Assembly (NCBI GenBank): GCA_943359345.1
Contig: CALRHE010000001.1
Span: forward strand, 1,995-65,994
Direction: 5' to 3'
Length of the DNA stretch: 64,000 bases
DNA from: Candidatus Uhrbacteria bacterium
Lineage (GTDB): Bacteria > Patescibacteriota > Patescibacteriia > UBA9934
Position 1 is the first letter of the stretch. Each line of letters starts with the position of its first letter. The notes below the pieces were generated by a model, which saw only the letters and a list, made by a program, of their open reading frames with translations, had not been told where the DNA came from and did no database searches. The translations under genes and the position numbers were made by a program. Positions 34,354 through 44,112 of this stretch are shown here, in pieces.

Positions 34354-35928
34354 TTATTCGGCTACGAAACGATATAAGGACTCTTCACTCATGGTCTCCA
34401 CAAACTCGATCCGAACTCCTTGAAGTAAAACCTCGTTCAAATGCTCGATATCTTTCTCCGGCAAGGTGATTCCAAAATAATACACCGGCACCTGTTCGAG
34501 CATGGCTGGCAAGGTCGCGTACGTCGTCTCGCTTCGTAATGGAACGACGACTCGACGCTCTGGATAGAGGTATTTGTCGGCTCGGTCAACGATAACGATC
34601 GCTTCCGACTCGGTCAATGTTAGAATTCGAGCTTCCTTATCAACAAACGTCGCCAGGGCAGCTCGACTCGGTAGATACCCGTCGTGACCAAAGAAGACGA
34701 GCTCGAGCGACAGCAGCGTAGCGAGTATGACAATGCCGCCGGTAAAAACTTTTCTGAGTAACGATCGATCACCGAGCATGTAAACCAAGGTGCGAGCTCC
34801 AAAGACGCTCGCCAGCGCGAACAGTGGCAACCAGTAACGTACGTGGGAGTTGCCGAGAGAAATAATCGATGGGTCTGGGTTGTCGATAATTTTCCAGCTG
34901 CCGTATACAATGCCAAGCCAAGCTGCGAGGACTAACGTAAATACAGCTAACGTACGCCAGAGCTTTTTGTGTTCATCACGTTCAGCCAAGGCGAGTATGA
35001 GGCCAGCGACAGCGAGCACGCTCATCCAGGGATACAACTTCCAACCGTAATCTATGATGTTGTTGAGAATGACACGCTCGTGAAAACCAAATGGGAGTAA
35101 GAAATTTCTCTTCGGCTCGTCAATAGCTGTCGTAGCTGCATCGTCACTGATAACGATAGCCGCGTAGGGATACTGAGCCGTGTAACCATTCACAAATGGA
35201 CTACCGTACATCGTGGCGTTGATAACACCGAGCAGGCCTAGCATGGCCACAAAACCCACCGCCAAGCTCACCATCGACCTCCAACCAATCACGGCTCGAT
35301 AGAGCGCAAATACGGCCACGATAGCGGCCGTTAGCCAGATAATTTCTGACGTTCTGACGATCAGGGCAGCACCAAGGAACGCGCCAGCGATAGCAAAACT
35401 CAATGGTCGACGAGAACGTAGACTGAACCACACGCCAGCAATCACCAACGTCAAAAAGGCTACATTATGCATCATGACTCGACCGGAGTAGTACCAAAAA
35501 GCGGGATGAATCATGAGCAAAAATGCGGCTGCATCTGCTAAGAACTCGTTCTTGAAAACTCGCCGCACGCTGTCGCGCCAAAGAATGATGGCGATCACTG
35601 CAAGTACTGGCGTCACGAAATACATGGCGTAATTACCAAGGACAGCGCCAATCACGCCAAGTACGAACACGAAACCTACAAAACTCGCCGACACGATCGC
35701 TCCCCCGTAACCAATCGTACTGCGGGGATGCAACAAGCCACCCAGCTCGTCATTCAAGGCTTCAGAGGTCGATAAACGACCGGAGTCGGCAAAGGTTTTC
35801 GCGAATACATAAGCTGCGTTCTCATCCGGCGACACGAAAAGTTCGCGACTAAACGGCCAGCTCAAGGTTAAGGTCGACGCAAAAAAGAGGACGAGCACAA
35901 CCCCCCAGACCAAACGTCGAGTGGTCAT
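34354..35928 (-). CDS. GT-C fold glycosyltransferase (PMT/ArnT-like; candidate protein or lipid glycosyltransferase using polyprenol-P-sugar)
   Basis: About 12 TM helices; Asp-Glu pair in first extracytoplasmic loop (SPDENAAYVFAKTF), the position of the catalytic DE/DExRY motif in GT39/GT83 enzymes. Confidence 0.5.
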   Translation of the reverse strand: MTTRRLVWGVVLVLFFASTLTLSWPFSRELFVSPDENAAYVFAKTFADSGRLSTSEALNDELGGLLHPRSTIGYGGAIVSASFVGFVFVLGVIGAVLGNYAMYFVTPVLAVIAIILWRDSVRRVFKNEFLADAAAFLLMIHPAFWYYSGRVMMHNVAFLTLVIAGVWFSLRSRRPLSFAIAGAFLGAALIVRTSEIIWLTAAIVAVFALYRAVIGWRSMVSLAVGFVAMLGLLGVINATMYGSPFVNGYTAQYPYAAIVISDDAATTAIDEPKRNFLLPFGFHERVILNNIIDYGWKLYPWMSVLAVAGLILALAERDEHKKLWRTLAVFTLVLAAWLGIVYGSWKIIDNPDPSIISLGNSHVRYWLPLFALASVFGARTLVYMLGDRSLLRKVFTGGIVILATLLSLELVFFGHDGYLPSRAALATFVDKEARILTLTESEAIVIVDRADKYLYPERRVVVPLRSETTYATLPAMLEQVPVYYFGITLPEKDIEHLNEVLLQGVRIEFVETMSEESLYRFVAE

Positions 35929-35930
35929 AT

Positions 35931-36515
35931 CTAGAGCGAGTAGGTAGCTACGGCAATACCGGCAAACACTAACGAGGCCACAAACACATACTCAGCCAGC
36001 TGAATCAAGGCCGGGACATTGAAAACGATACCCAGCAAAAGCAGTGTGAGAGAACTAAATTGTAAAAACATCTTAAGCTTGCCCCAAACGTTAGCTGCCA
36101 TGATGGTTCCAGCGTAACGGGTTGAGGCCCAACGCAATGACGGTAAGATATCCAGCATGAGGGCGATGAACACGATCAGCGGATTAAAATGTTGTAGCGC
36201 CACAAGTAAGGCCACCGAACCAATCAGAAGCTTATCAGCTACAGGGTCAAAGAAAATCCCCCACGGCGTCACCTGCTTGCGGACACGGGCCACCGAGCCG
36301 TCGAGCGCATCCGTAAACGCAGCCAGAATAAATAGCGGCACCGCCCAGGTGTATTGCTCTGTAAACAACAACCATAAAACGATTGGCGTCATCAAAAAAC
36401 GTACCACCGTAATGTGGTTGGGGTGAACAAATTTGGGAACAAGCGGCAAAATAACCACCCTCATGACATAGTCATGGGGGTAGAGTTTTGTCATGTCTCG
36501 ATGCGTGCCAATCAT
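35931..36515 (-). CDS. CDP-alcohol phosphatidyltransferase family protein
   Basis: Motif DALDGSVARVRKQVTPWGIFFDPVADK = D-x2-DG-x2-AR-x8-G-x3-G-x3-D. Confidence 0.75.
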   Translation of the reverse strand: MIGTHRDMTKLYPHDYVMRVVILPLVPKFVHPNHITVVRFLMTPIVLWLLFTEQYTWAVPLFILAAFTDALDGSVARVRKQVTPWGIFFDPVADKLLIGSVALLVALQHFNPLIVFIALMLDILPSLRWASTRYAGTIMAANVWGKLKMFLQFSSLTLLLLGIVFNVPALIQLAEYVFVASLVFAGIAVATYSL

Positions 36516-36548
36516 GCTATAGTTCTAGCAAATATTCGCTAAAATACC

Positions 36549-38576
36549 ATGTCTCGTCGATTTTTACCACTCCTGGCGCTGATCCCGGTCATCATCAACG
36601 CTTATGCCATATCTGAAGCCTGGTTTGGGGTGCTGGCCCTGCTGGCTTATCTTGTGGGCTGTGGCCTAACCTTGGGGCCGCGACTCGCGCCCCTGTCCCC
36701 GCGCCCGCTCCAGCTTGGTCTAGGCATGATGTCAACTCTGGCTGGAATCAGTATCTTAGGCAGCCTGGTCTATTATAGCGCGACCGTTACCACCGAAAGC
36801 CTATTAGCTGTAATCGTTGTCATTGCCGGTCTAGCTTGCGTAGCCTCACCAAATAACCCTACCACCTCCTCCCTACCACCTACCACTTCCTCTAAAATTG
36901 ATCTAGCCCTCTTCGTTTTGGGCTTGCTGTCCCTGTCTGGCTGGTGGATAACTATCTTCTCAACCCCCATTACTGAACCTATTCGTTCAGTCTGGCTAGC
37001 ACTTGATCCCTTGGTACTTGTAGCGCTTGGTCTCTCAAGCCTGTGTGCGCTCACGCTGTGCGTACGTAATCGCTCCTTAGATTTAGCCCTGGTGTTGACG
37101 GCTGTGATTTTGTTCTCAGCCACCTCAGTCGTAGCCGTCACTTACGACCTGGGTTACGGCTTTGATCCATTTCTGCACCGAGCCAGCGTTGCCCACATAT
37201 TAGACCACGGTACTATCACGCCAAAACCCCTGTACTACATCGGGCAATACGCACTCGAGCTAACCGGAGTAAAACTTTTCTCGCTCCCAGTTTTTGCTCT
37301 TGATACCTTACTCGCTCCCGTGCTCGCAGCCTTTGGCATTGTCATGGCTTTAGCCAATCGGAATGCCAGCATTAAGTCTCCGAGCATTGTGCTCGCCAGC
37401 CTCGTGTTCTTACCGCTCGCAGCCTTTGTGCAAACCACACCTCAAGCCCTGGCCTTTGTATTCACAGCTTGGGCATTATTTACAAGTACCAGGCCCCGGC
37501 TAGCACCAGCCATCTTCGCCCTCGCAGCCGTAATCACCCACCCACTAGCCGGTATTGGCGCCGTCGTCTACGTGGTTCTCTTAGCACTCGACGACATTCC
37601 CAATCATTATCAACCTTGGCGGGTTGCGAGCCTGGCCTTAGTCACACTGGCAGCCGCCGTGGCTATCCCCATGGCTTTTGTGGTTCAAGCCAACCTCGCC
37701 CAGCTCTCAATCGAATTCTCGCTCAGTAATGTTTTTAAACTCTGGCGACTGCCAATTGATAGCTTCTTAACTACGCAATACAACGCCTGGGGGGACACCG
37801 CCTACTTTTTCATTGGTAACGCTTTTCTGATCGTGCTCGTGCTTGCAATCATCGGAATCACGCTCACCCCAAAAACCACTTACGGCTGGTACGTACCCGG
37901 CTTGGTGGCGCTCGCAATGTTTATAAACTTTATCATCATTAGTCTAGGCTTTGATTTTACTTTCTTGATCGCTTACGAACGGACGGATTTTGCACTGCGA
38001 CTTTTGACTCTCACAACGCTTTTCTTGCTTCCCTACGTAGCTGTCTTGCTCACGACCATCTGGAAAAAACTCCACCACTCACCAGTCGGCTTACGTCTCG
38101 GTTTCACGGTTGTGTTGTCGCTCGTATTTGTGACCAACGTCTACGCCGCCTATCCGCGTCATGACAATTACGCTCGCTCAGCCGGTTTCAATCTCGGCCC
38201 CTCAGATTTGGACGCTGTTTCAGGCATTGAAACCTCGGCCCAAGGTGAGCCTTACATTGTCCTGTCTAACCAAGCCCTGGCGGCCGCAGCCGTTTCAGAA
38301 CTTGGCTTCAAAGCTTATTACCACGAAGATATTTTCTTTTATCCTATCCCGACCGGCGGTCCTTTGTATCAACATTTCTTAGCCATGGTGGAGGATAAAC
38401 CAACCACAACCACCATGCTTGAGGCCATGGATCTGGCTGGTGTTGATCTAGCTTATTTTGCAGTTCACAGCTACTGGTGGCAGGCCCCCGAAATTATTGA
38501 AAATGCCAAAGCTATCGCCGACGACTGGTTTGGCGTGGGCGATAACGCTGTCACCGTGTTTATATTCCGTCGTTAA
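36549..38576 (+). CDS. Large polytopic membrane protein of unknown function (possibly a GT-C/polymerase-like enzyme)
   Basis: 675 aa, more than 12 predicted TM helices, Pro/Thr/Ser linker SPNNPTTSSLPPTTSSK; only + strand gene inside the glycosylation block; family not recognisable by eye. Confidence 0.45.
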   Translation: MSRRFLPLLALIPVIINAYAISEAWFGVLALLAYLVGCGLTLGPRLAPLSPRPLQLGLGMMSTLAGISILGSLVYYSATVTTESLLAVIVVIAGLACVASPNNPTTSSLPPTTSSKIDLALFVLGLLSLSGWWITIFSTPITEPIRSVWLALDPLVLVALGLSSLCALTLCVRNRSLDLALVLTAVILFSATSVVAVTYDLGYGFDPFLHRASVAHILDHGTITPKPLYYIGQYALELTGVKLFSLPVFALDTLLAPVLAAFGIVMALANRNASIKSPSIVLASLVFLPLAAFVQTTPQALAFVFTAWALFTSTRPRLAPAIFALAAVITHPLAGIGAVVYVVLLALDDIPNHYQPWRVASLALVTLAAAVAIPMAFVVQANLAQLSIEFSLSNVFKLWRLPIDSFLTTQYNAWGDTAYFFIGNAFLIVLVLAIIGITLTPKTTYGWYVPGLVALAMFINFIIISLGFDFTFLIAYERTDFALRLLTLTTLFLLPYVAVLLTTIWKKLHHSPVGLRLGFTVVLSLVFVTNVYAAYPRHDNYARSAGFNLGPSDLDAVSGIETSAQGEPYIVLSNQALAAAAVSELGFKAYYHEDIFFYPIPTGGPLYQHFLAMVEDKPTTTTMLEAMDLAGVDLAYFAVHSYWWQAPEIIENAKAIADDWFGVGDNAVTVFIFRR

Positions 38577-39811
38577 ACTTCACTGGTATCAGAAACTACT
38601 TGGATTTGATGTTTATGCACAATTGACTGAATAATTTCAACCAGCCGCAGAGCATATTTATCCAAGGCAAAATCAGCTACTGTGGCTCTAATGTTTTCAC
38701 CTGAGGCGATCAATTGGTCCTTATGAAAATCCAGTTCATCAATGGCTCGAATAAAATCTTGGTCATCACCCGGCGTAAATAAATAGCCAGACACGCCTTC
38801 TTGAATCAACTCCCCTACTCCACCAATACGTGCAGCGACTACCGGCAAACCTGCGTTTAAGGCTTCGTAGATTACCGTCGGAGAATTTTCGTAACACAGT
38901 GATGGGACTACTAGGGCATCAACAATCGAAAAAAACTTACTCAACTCCTCCGGCGGCATGTAACCAAGATAACGAATACTGTTGTCATGGGCGGCAGCGG
39001 CCTCAACTAACGGCCGCAATTGGCCGTCACCAACTATTAACAACCTACGGTCTCGTTTCAAATTCTTATAGGTTTCCAACAAAAATTTAATCCCCTTGTG
39101 GCTAGCCAATTGGCCAACGTATAGCAGCTGGAGTGGACCAGGAGCTCGTTGCTCCGGTCGAGGAGAACTGTGTACCGGCGGTGGATTGCGTAAGACACGA
39201 ATTTTTGTGTGTTGAAAAAAACCAGCCTCAAGATAAACCTGCTTTAAATACTCGGAGGGTGAAATAACCATGTCAGGGTTGCCAATTCGGTTCTGACAAA
39301 AATATTTATACACTTTATAAAACGGCTGAGCCCAGCGTGAAGCTTGCTCTTGACCAACTATCAGCAGTCCCGAGGGATAGATCAGCTGTAAATCATGAAG
39401 TACATGAATGTGGGCAATACCTTCAGCTCTAATCACTCGTGGAATATTTAAACCTAGACCTTTCAAGTTGTGAGTGATGACTACATCTGGACGTTCAGCT
39501 TGAAGAATAGTGCGAACGCGAGTAGTGGCGTGCCAAGTTAAGGCGTCGATGGCGTGCCATAACAAGCGCACCCAAGCTGGGTATTTATAATCGTCAAGCG
39601 TGAAATATAAATTAGGTGGGAAGAAACGATACACCCGTTCAGTGCTCGAACGATCAAGGGTGATGTGTTTACCTAATTTTCTAGGCTGTCCGGTAATCAC
39701 AAACACATCATGACCCATGGCCAGCAATTGGCCAACGGTTCTAACGATGACATTTTCGGCTCCGCCACGGGTATGCGGTGGATACAAATTGGTAACAATG
39801 CCGATCTTCAT
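38573..39811 (-). CDS. Glycosyltransferase family 4 (GT-B, glycosyl transferase group 1)
   Basis: MKIGIVTNLYPPHTRGGAE N-domain start; C-terminal E-x7-E region (ENSPTVIYEAL). Confidence 0.85.
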   Translation of the reverse strand: MKIGIVTNLYPPHTRGGAENVIVRTVGQLLAMGHDVFVITGQPRKLGKHITLDRSSTERVYRFFPPNLYFTLDDYKYPAWVRLLWHAIDALTWHATTRVRTILQAERPDVVITHNLKGLGLNIPRVIRAEGIAHIHVLHDLQLIYPSGLLIVGQEQASRWAQPFYKVYKYFCQNRIGNPDMVISPSEYLKQVYLEAGFFQHTKIRVLRNPPPVHSSPRPEQRAPGPLQLLYVGQLASHKGIKFLLETYKNLKRDRRLLIVGDGQLRPLVEAAAAHDNSIRYLGYMPPEELSKFFSIVDALVVPSLCYENSPTVIYEALNAGLPVVAARIGGVGELIQEGVSGYLFTPGDDQDFIRAIDELDFHKDQLIASGENIRATVADFALDKYALRLVEIIQSIVHKHQIQVVSDTSEV

Positions 39812-39817
39812 AAACTG

Positions 39818-40933
39818 CTAAAGCGCAGTCATCCTGTTGTACACCTCCACTAATCTGTCCGCAAGTATAGCCTTGGTGTAGCCACTCAAAAGGCGTTCTC
39901 TGGCTTTGTCTCCCAAAGTCTTGGCTAGCCCTGGCTCATCTAAAAACTTCTGCATGGCTACCTCCAGAGCTTCGTCTACCCCTGATGCGACCACAACACC
40001 CGTCCTCCTATGCTCCACGAGCGTACGCATACCCGGCAAATCTGAAACTATCGAAGGTAAACCGCTAGCGGCCGCCTCTAAGGTAACCAATCCAAACGCC
40101 TCACTCTTACTGGTCGAGGGTAGAATATGAACATCGGCCGCCCGGTAGGCTCGTGGCAGCTCTGCGTCTCTGACTGCACCAGCAAAAGTCACTCGATCAG
40201 CAATACCGAGTGTCTTAGCCAACTCGGTGTAGGCGGTGCGCATATCGCCGTCGCCGACGATCAATAAACGCCAGTCCTGATTGAAGTCCAAATGCGCTGC
40301 GGCTCGGATCAAGACATCAACCCCCTTAAAAGAGTGAGCTCGGTCGAGTCCACCCACAAACACAAACACGAGTGACGAGCTTGGAATGTTGTATTTAGCC
40401 CTGAACTCATCATCACGACCCGGTGCAAAACGTTGCTCGTCAACGCCGAAAGGCATCTCGATCAGCTGATCATGTTTCAGACCGATCGACTGAGCATAAT
40501 CAAATGAGCTTACGAGCACGGCCCTGGCCTGTCTGACAATCAAGGGCTCGATGATTAAGCGATGCAAGCGGAAAATGAGATCGCGCCAGTCGCTGGTTTT
40601 AGGCTGCATGTGATAGGTCAACACATACGGTTTACGTCGCAATACTGACCATAACCACACAAAAATATCGGCACCATAAAAAGTGTAGTGCAAATGTGCC
40701 AAATCATGTCCATCGAGTTTCTTCACGAGCTGCGGCAGCACTGCTGCGTTCCCGAAAGCCAACACCGGCGTCAGATACTCAGCCTCAGGCTGCTTACCCC
40801 GATCACGATAAGCTGGGGTATAAACGGTAACCTCGAAACCGCGTATCTTAAGCTCGGTGGCGTCATGAGCGGCCACCGCTCCCATGCCGCCTTTATAGGG
40901 CGGAAACACCGGCGTAACAATTGCGATTTTCAC
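39818..40933 (-). CDS. Glycosyltransferase family 4
   Basis: MKIAIVTPVFPPYKGGMG; C-terminal GT1 domain with SEAFGLVTLEAAASGLP. Confidence 0.85.
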   Translation of the reverse strand: MKIAIVTPVFPPYKGGMGAVAAHDATELKIRGFEVTVYTPAYRDRGKQPEAEYLTPVLAFGNAAVLPQLVKKLDGHDLAHLHYTFYGADIFVWLWSVLRRKPYVLTYHMQPKTSDWRDLIFRLHRLIIEPLIVRQARAVLVSSFDYAQSIGLKHDQLIEMPFGVDEQRFAPGRDDEFRAKYNIPSSSLVFVFVGGLDRAHSFKGVDVLIRAAAHLDFNQDWRLLIVGDGDMRTAYTELAKTLGIADRVTFAGAVRDAELPRAYRAADVHILPSTSKSEAFGLVTLEAAASGLPSIVSDLPGMRTLVEHRRTGVVVASGVDEALEVAMQKFLDEPGLAKTLGDKARERLLSGYTKAILADRLVEVYNRMTAL

Positions 40934-40934
40934 A

Positions 40935-42014
40935 CTACCAAAAAATCACCTTACGCCCGGCCTTAAAAGCTTCATCTACAACCGGGTTGATGAGCTGATC
41001 CATCAGCGGACTAGCTGTTTCTTGATGTTCGATCTTACCAACTACAAACCGTAAAAACTCACGATCAGGTATGCTGCGTAAGGTCTGTGCTCGCGCGCGC
41101 ATGCGCCACAATAACTGCCAGGTTCTAGGCAGAAACCACTGACCAAAAGCCCAAACCTTGGCCTTAATCCAACCACCCTTGAGAGCCAGCGGCCAACTGC
41201 CAAGCTCGATCGCCAGCAACAAGGGGGAGAACAAGATCAGAGTCGCGGGTTTGTAATAAGCATAAGTGACAATATTCCGATACAGCTCCATCCAGGCAAA
41301 CTTTTTAGGATTACGGCTGAATTTATAGTCGTGATAAGCAAATGACTTGGCTGCTAGTACATTCCTATAGCCAGCAAAACGCAGACGCATCCCGAGCTCG
41401 AGATCCTCGTGATACATAAAGAAGCCCTCCTCGAGCAGTCCGACCTTCTTCAAAGCAGTAGCCCTATACAGCACAGCTGCCCCACTGGCGTAAGCAATGT
41501 CTTCCCCGTCGATCACCTTAATCTCAGACATCAACTTGCCGTTGTCACGAGCAAACCCGTAACCGGCGATGTGAATAACGCCGCCCGTCACATTCACCTT
41601 TTCTTGCTCATGCCAGTATCGAACAAGACATTGGACCGAGCCGACCTCAGGCGACGATTCAGCAATCCGTACAGCTTCCGTCATCGAGTCTGGAGCTAGC
41701 TTGAGATCACCGTTATGCAAAAAAACGTAATCAAAGTCCCGCTCGAGTGCATAGCGTATGGCCAGGTTATTGTTGGCTGCGAAACCTCGATTCTGACCAT
41801 CATCAAGCAGTACGACCTCGGGTAAATCTTGGCCGGATCTAGGCACAACGTCGCTCCGAATAGCGTCAGCAATTCCGTCCGGCGAGCCAGCTGGCACCAA
41901 AATAAACGTCAGACGATCTTTGGGATAATCTAACTTGGCAATTGCATCAACAATGTCTTCCAAATACACCTTCATCCCCCAACATAAATACACGATCGCA
42001 ATTTTAGGCTGCAT
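40935..42014 (-). CDS. Glycosyltransferase family 2 (rhamnosyl/galactofuranosyl-transferase-like)
   Basis: GT-A fold: IAIVYLCWG, DDGQNRGFAANNN, DxD-like HNGDL. Confidence 0.8.
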   Translation of the reverse strand: MQPKIAIVYLCWGMKVYLEDIVDAIAKLDYPKDRLTFILVPAGSPDGIADAIRSDVVPRSGQDLPEVVLLDDGQNRGFAANNNLAIRYALERDFDYVFLHNGDLKLAPDSMTEAVRIAESSPEVGSVQCLVRYWHEQEKVNVTGGVIHIAGYGFARDNGKLMSEIKVIDGEDIAYASGAAVLYRATALKKVGLLEEGFFMYHEDLELGMRLRFAGYRNVLAAKSFAYHDYKFSRNPKKFAWMELYRNIVTYAYYKPATLILFSPLLLAIELGSWPLALKGGWIKAKVWAFGQWFLPRTWQLLWRMRARAQTLRSIPDREFLRFVVGKIEHQETASPLMDQLINPVVDEAFKAGRKVIFW

Positions 42015-42020
42015 ATATGT

Positions 42021-42389
42021 TCAGGGTTTATCAACTCTATGAATGGCGATCTGGCGAACAAGTTCGGTGATCTCCTCAGATACTTGTTGCTGTTTTAGTA
42101 ATAAACGATGAACGATGTAAAACAAGACCACGATGCCAATGTAAACTAATAAGTCGGCCCCTCTGCCAACACCCACCTCGGCGGCAATAATGTCCGTGGT
42201 TTGAGGTGTGATGGCCACGCCTGCCACCACTAGCCAGAAAAAACTAACGGCCACCAACCAGTACTTTGAAACTTTACGGGCTGTATAGTCCTTCCAAGTT
42301 TTAAACACGGCGTAGACCGCAAAGACTACCAAAGCAATTTGAAAAATCATATTAGCGGACGAATTTCTTCTTGAGTAAGTCCTTGGCAA
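42021..42389 (-). CDS. Small 2-3 TM protein, DUF2304-like partner of the DPM1-like glycosyltransferase
   Basis: 122 aa, N-terminal TM helices plus C-terminal charged helix; overlaps the upstream GT2 gene by 38 nt, the usual arrangement for DUF2304-GT2 pairs (recalled, not searched). Confidence 0.4.
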   Translation of the reverse strand: MPRTYSRRNSSANMIFQIALVVFAVYAVFKTWKDYTARKVSKYWLVAVSFFWLVVAGVAITPQTTDIIAAEVGVGRGADLLVYIGIVVLFYIVHRLLLKQQQVSEEITELVRQIAIHRVDKP

Positions 42390-43029
42390 TCACCAAAGCC
42401 CGCCAGGTTGAAGGACTTTTCTTTAAAGTATCTTGTGAATAACGAATAGTCACTGGCTGCTCCTGGTAACGTAAGGACTTAACCTTAATTAAATCTAGAA
42501 TTTCCGAAGCGTGTGCCATGCGATCAAGCGTAATGCGAATATCCTGTGCCGCCTGACGTGATAAAGCTCGAAAACCGTTTTGTGAATCAGTTAACCAAAT
42601 TCCGGACACGGAGTAATTAAATAAGACTCCGGCCCGCAACACCAGGCGACGAGCACGTGGCATGTTCAAGGCTACCTGACCAAGAAAGCGTGAACCAAGT
42701 ACGATATCGGCCTGTCCTAACAAAATCGGAGTAATCAAGGCCTCAATGTCACAGCCCTGCATCTGGCCGTCAGCATCAAAATGCACAATTACATCTGGGT
42801 GTAGATGCAGGATGGCGTAGTCGGTAGCTGTTTGCAAAGCCGCTCCCTGACCGCGATTAATGGCGTGCCTCAGCACTGTCGCTCCAGCCGCCCTAGCCAC
42901 TGCTCCAGATCGATCTCGACTACAGTCATCAACCACCACCACCGCCTGAGTGTAAGTCAAAGCATCAGCAACAGCGGCCCCAATTCGGGTTTCTTCGTTA
43001 TACGCAGGAATAACGGTAACTATGCGCAT
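42352..43029 (-). CDS. Polyprenol-phosphate glycosyltransferase (GT2, DPM1/Ppm1-like)
   Basis: 225 aa soluble GT-A: VIPAYNEE, VVVDDCSRDRS, DADGQ. Confidence 0.85.
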   Translation of the reverse strand: MRIVTVIPAYNEETRIGAAVADALTYTQAVVVVDDCSRDRSGAVARAAGATVLRHAINRGQGAALQTATDYAILHLHPDVIVHFDADGQMQGCDIEALITPILLGQADIVLGSRFLGQVALNMPRARRLVLRAGVLFNYSVSGIWLTDSQNGFRALSRQAAQDIRITLDRMAHASEILDLIKVKSLRYQEQPVTIRYSQDTLKKSPSTWRALVIAKDLLKKKFVR

Positions 43030-43106
43030 AGTTGAGAGTAGTCGGTAGATAGTAGCTAGTTAGCACCAAAAACAAATTCTGTCTATGTAGATCACCTACT
43101 AGCTAC

Positions 43107-44111
43107 CTAACCAGCGTTCGTCAACAAAAGTTTATTAGCCCGTACGTAATCAATAGTTTTCTTAAGCCCGTCATCAAGTCTGACCAACGGTATCCAACCA
43201 AGCGTTTCGCGCGCCTTATGCAAATTTGGGAGCCCGAGCGGAATCATGTAAGCCAGCGGTGGTTCATATTCTAGCTTAACCTCGTTTTCGGCTAAGGCCA
43301 TGATTTTGTGCGCCACGTCTGAAATTTTCAAATTAACATCACTCCCCAGGTTAACCGGTCCGATCCCCTTATCGGCTTTCATTAAGCGCAATAATCCATC
43401 AACGACATCAGTGACATAAATCAAGGCCGTCGTAGTTGCAGCATCACCCATAACCAAGAGTGGTTTACCATCCAGTACATTTAAAACAAAGTCCTGAATC
43501 TGATGGCCATGAAAGAGCGGCATGCGCGGGCCATAAGTTCTAAAGATACGCGCGATCTTGGCATCCAAACCATACACGTCAGCGTAGGTAGCAAACATGG
43601 TTTCGGCAAACCGCTTGCCTTCATTTAAGGCAGCGCGCGGGTTCAGGTGGTCGACTATGCCAAGCTCTGTTTCATCAACGCCATCGGAATCGGCCGGTCG
43701 CGCCCCGTAAACTGTACCCGCCGAGGCCAGCAAGACGCGCGCCTTGTATTTAACCGCTGTATCAAGCACGTGCCGGGTACCAACCGAATTAGCCAACAAA
43801 ATTTGCAGCTTAAACTGCTCGTAACCCTTCACGGCCGTAGGCATGGCCAAGTGATAAATTTCCTGGATACCAAGAAACTTCACCTGAAAAGGTTCAAGCT
43901 CAGGAAAAGATTCTAGATCAAAAGGTTCATTAATATCGAGCCTGAGAAATTGAAAATCTGGGTTACGTAACATGGGTTCAAGATTACGCACGTGACCAGT
44001 TGAAAAATTATCAATACAAATCACCCGACAGCCGTCTCTTAACAAAGCCTCGCACAAAAACGAACCTATAAAACCAGCCCCACCTGTGACTAAAACTGTT
44101 TTTTTCTCCAT
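43107..44111 (-). CDS. NAD-dependent sugar-nucleotide epimerase/dehydratase, UDP-glucuronate decarboxylase (UXS)-like
   Basis: VLVTGGAGFIGSFLCEALLRDGCRVICIDNFSTGHVRNLEPMLRNPDFQFLRLDINEPF closely follows the UXS/ArnA-C N-terminal pattern. Confidence 0.75.
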   Translation of the reverse strand: MEKKTVLVTGGAGFIGSFLCEALLRDGCRVICIDNFSTGHVRNLEPMLRNPDFQFLRLDINEPFDLESFPELEPFQVKFLGIQEIYHLAMPTAVKGYEQFKLQILLANSVGTRHVLDTAVKYKARVLLASAGTVYGARPADSDGVDETELGIVDHLNPRAALNEGKRFAETMFATYADVYGLDAKIARIFRTYGPRMPLFHGHQIQDFVLNVLDGKPLLVMGDAATTTALIYVTDVVDGLLRLMKADKGIGPVNLGSDVNLKISDVAHKIMALAENEVKLEYEPPLAYMIPLGLPNLHKARETLGWIPLVRLDDGLKKTIDYVRANKLLLTNAG

Positions 44112-44112
44112 A

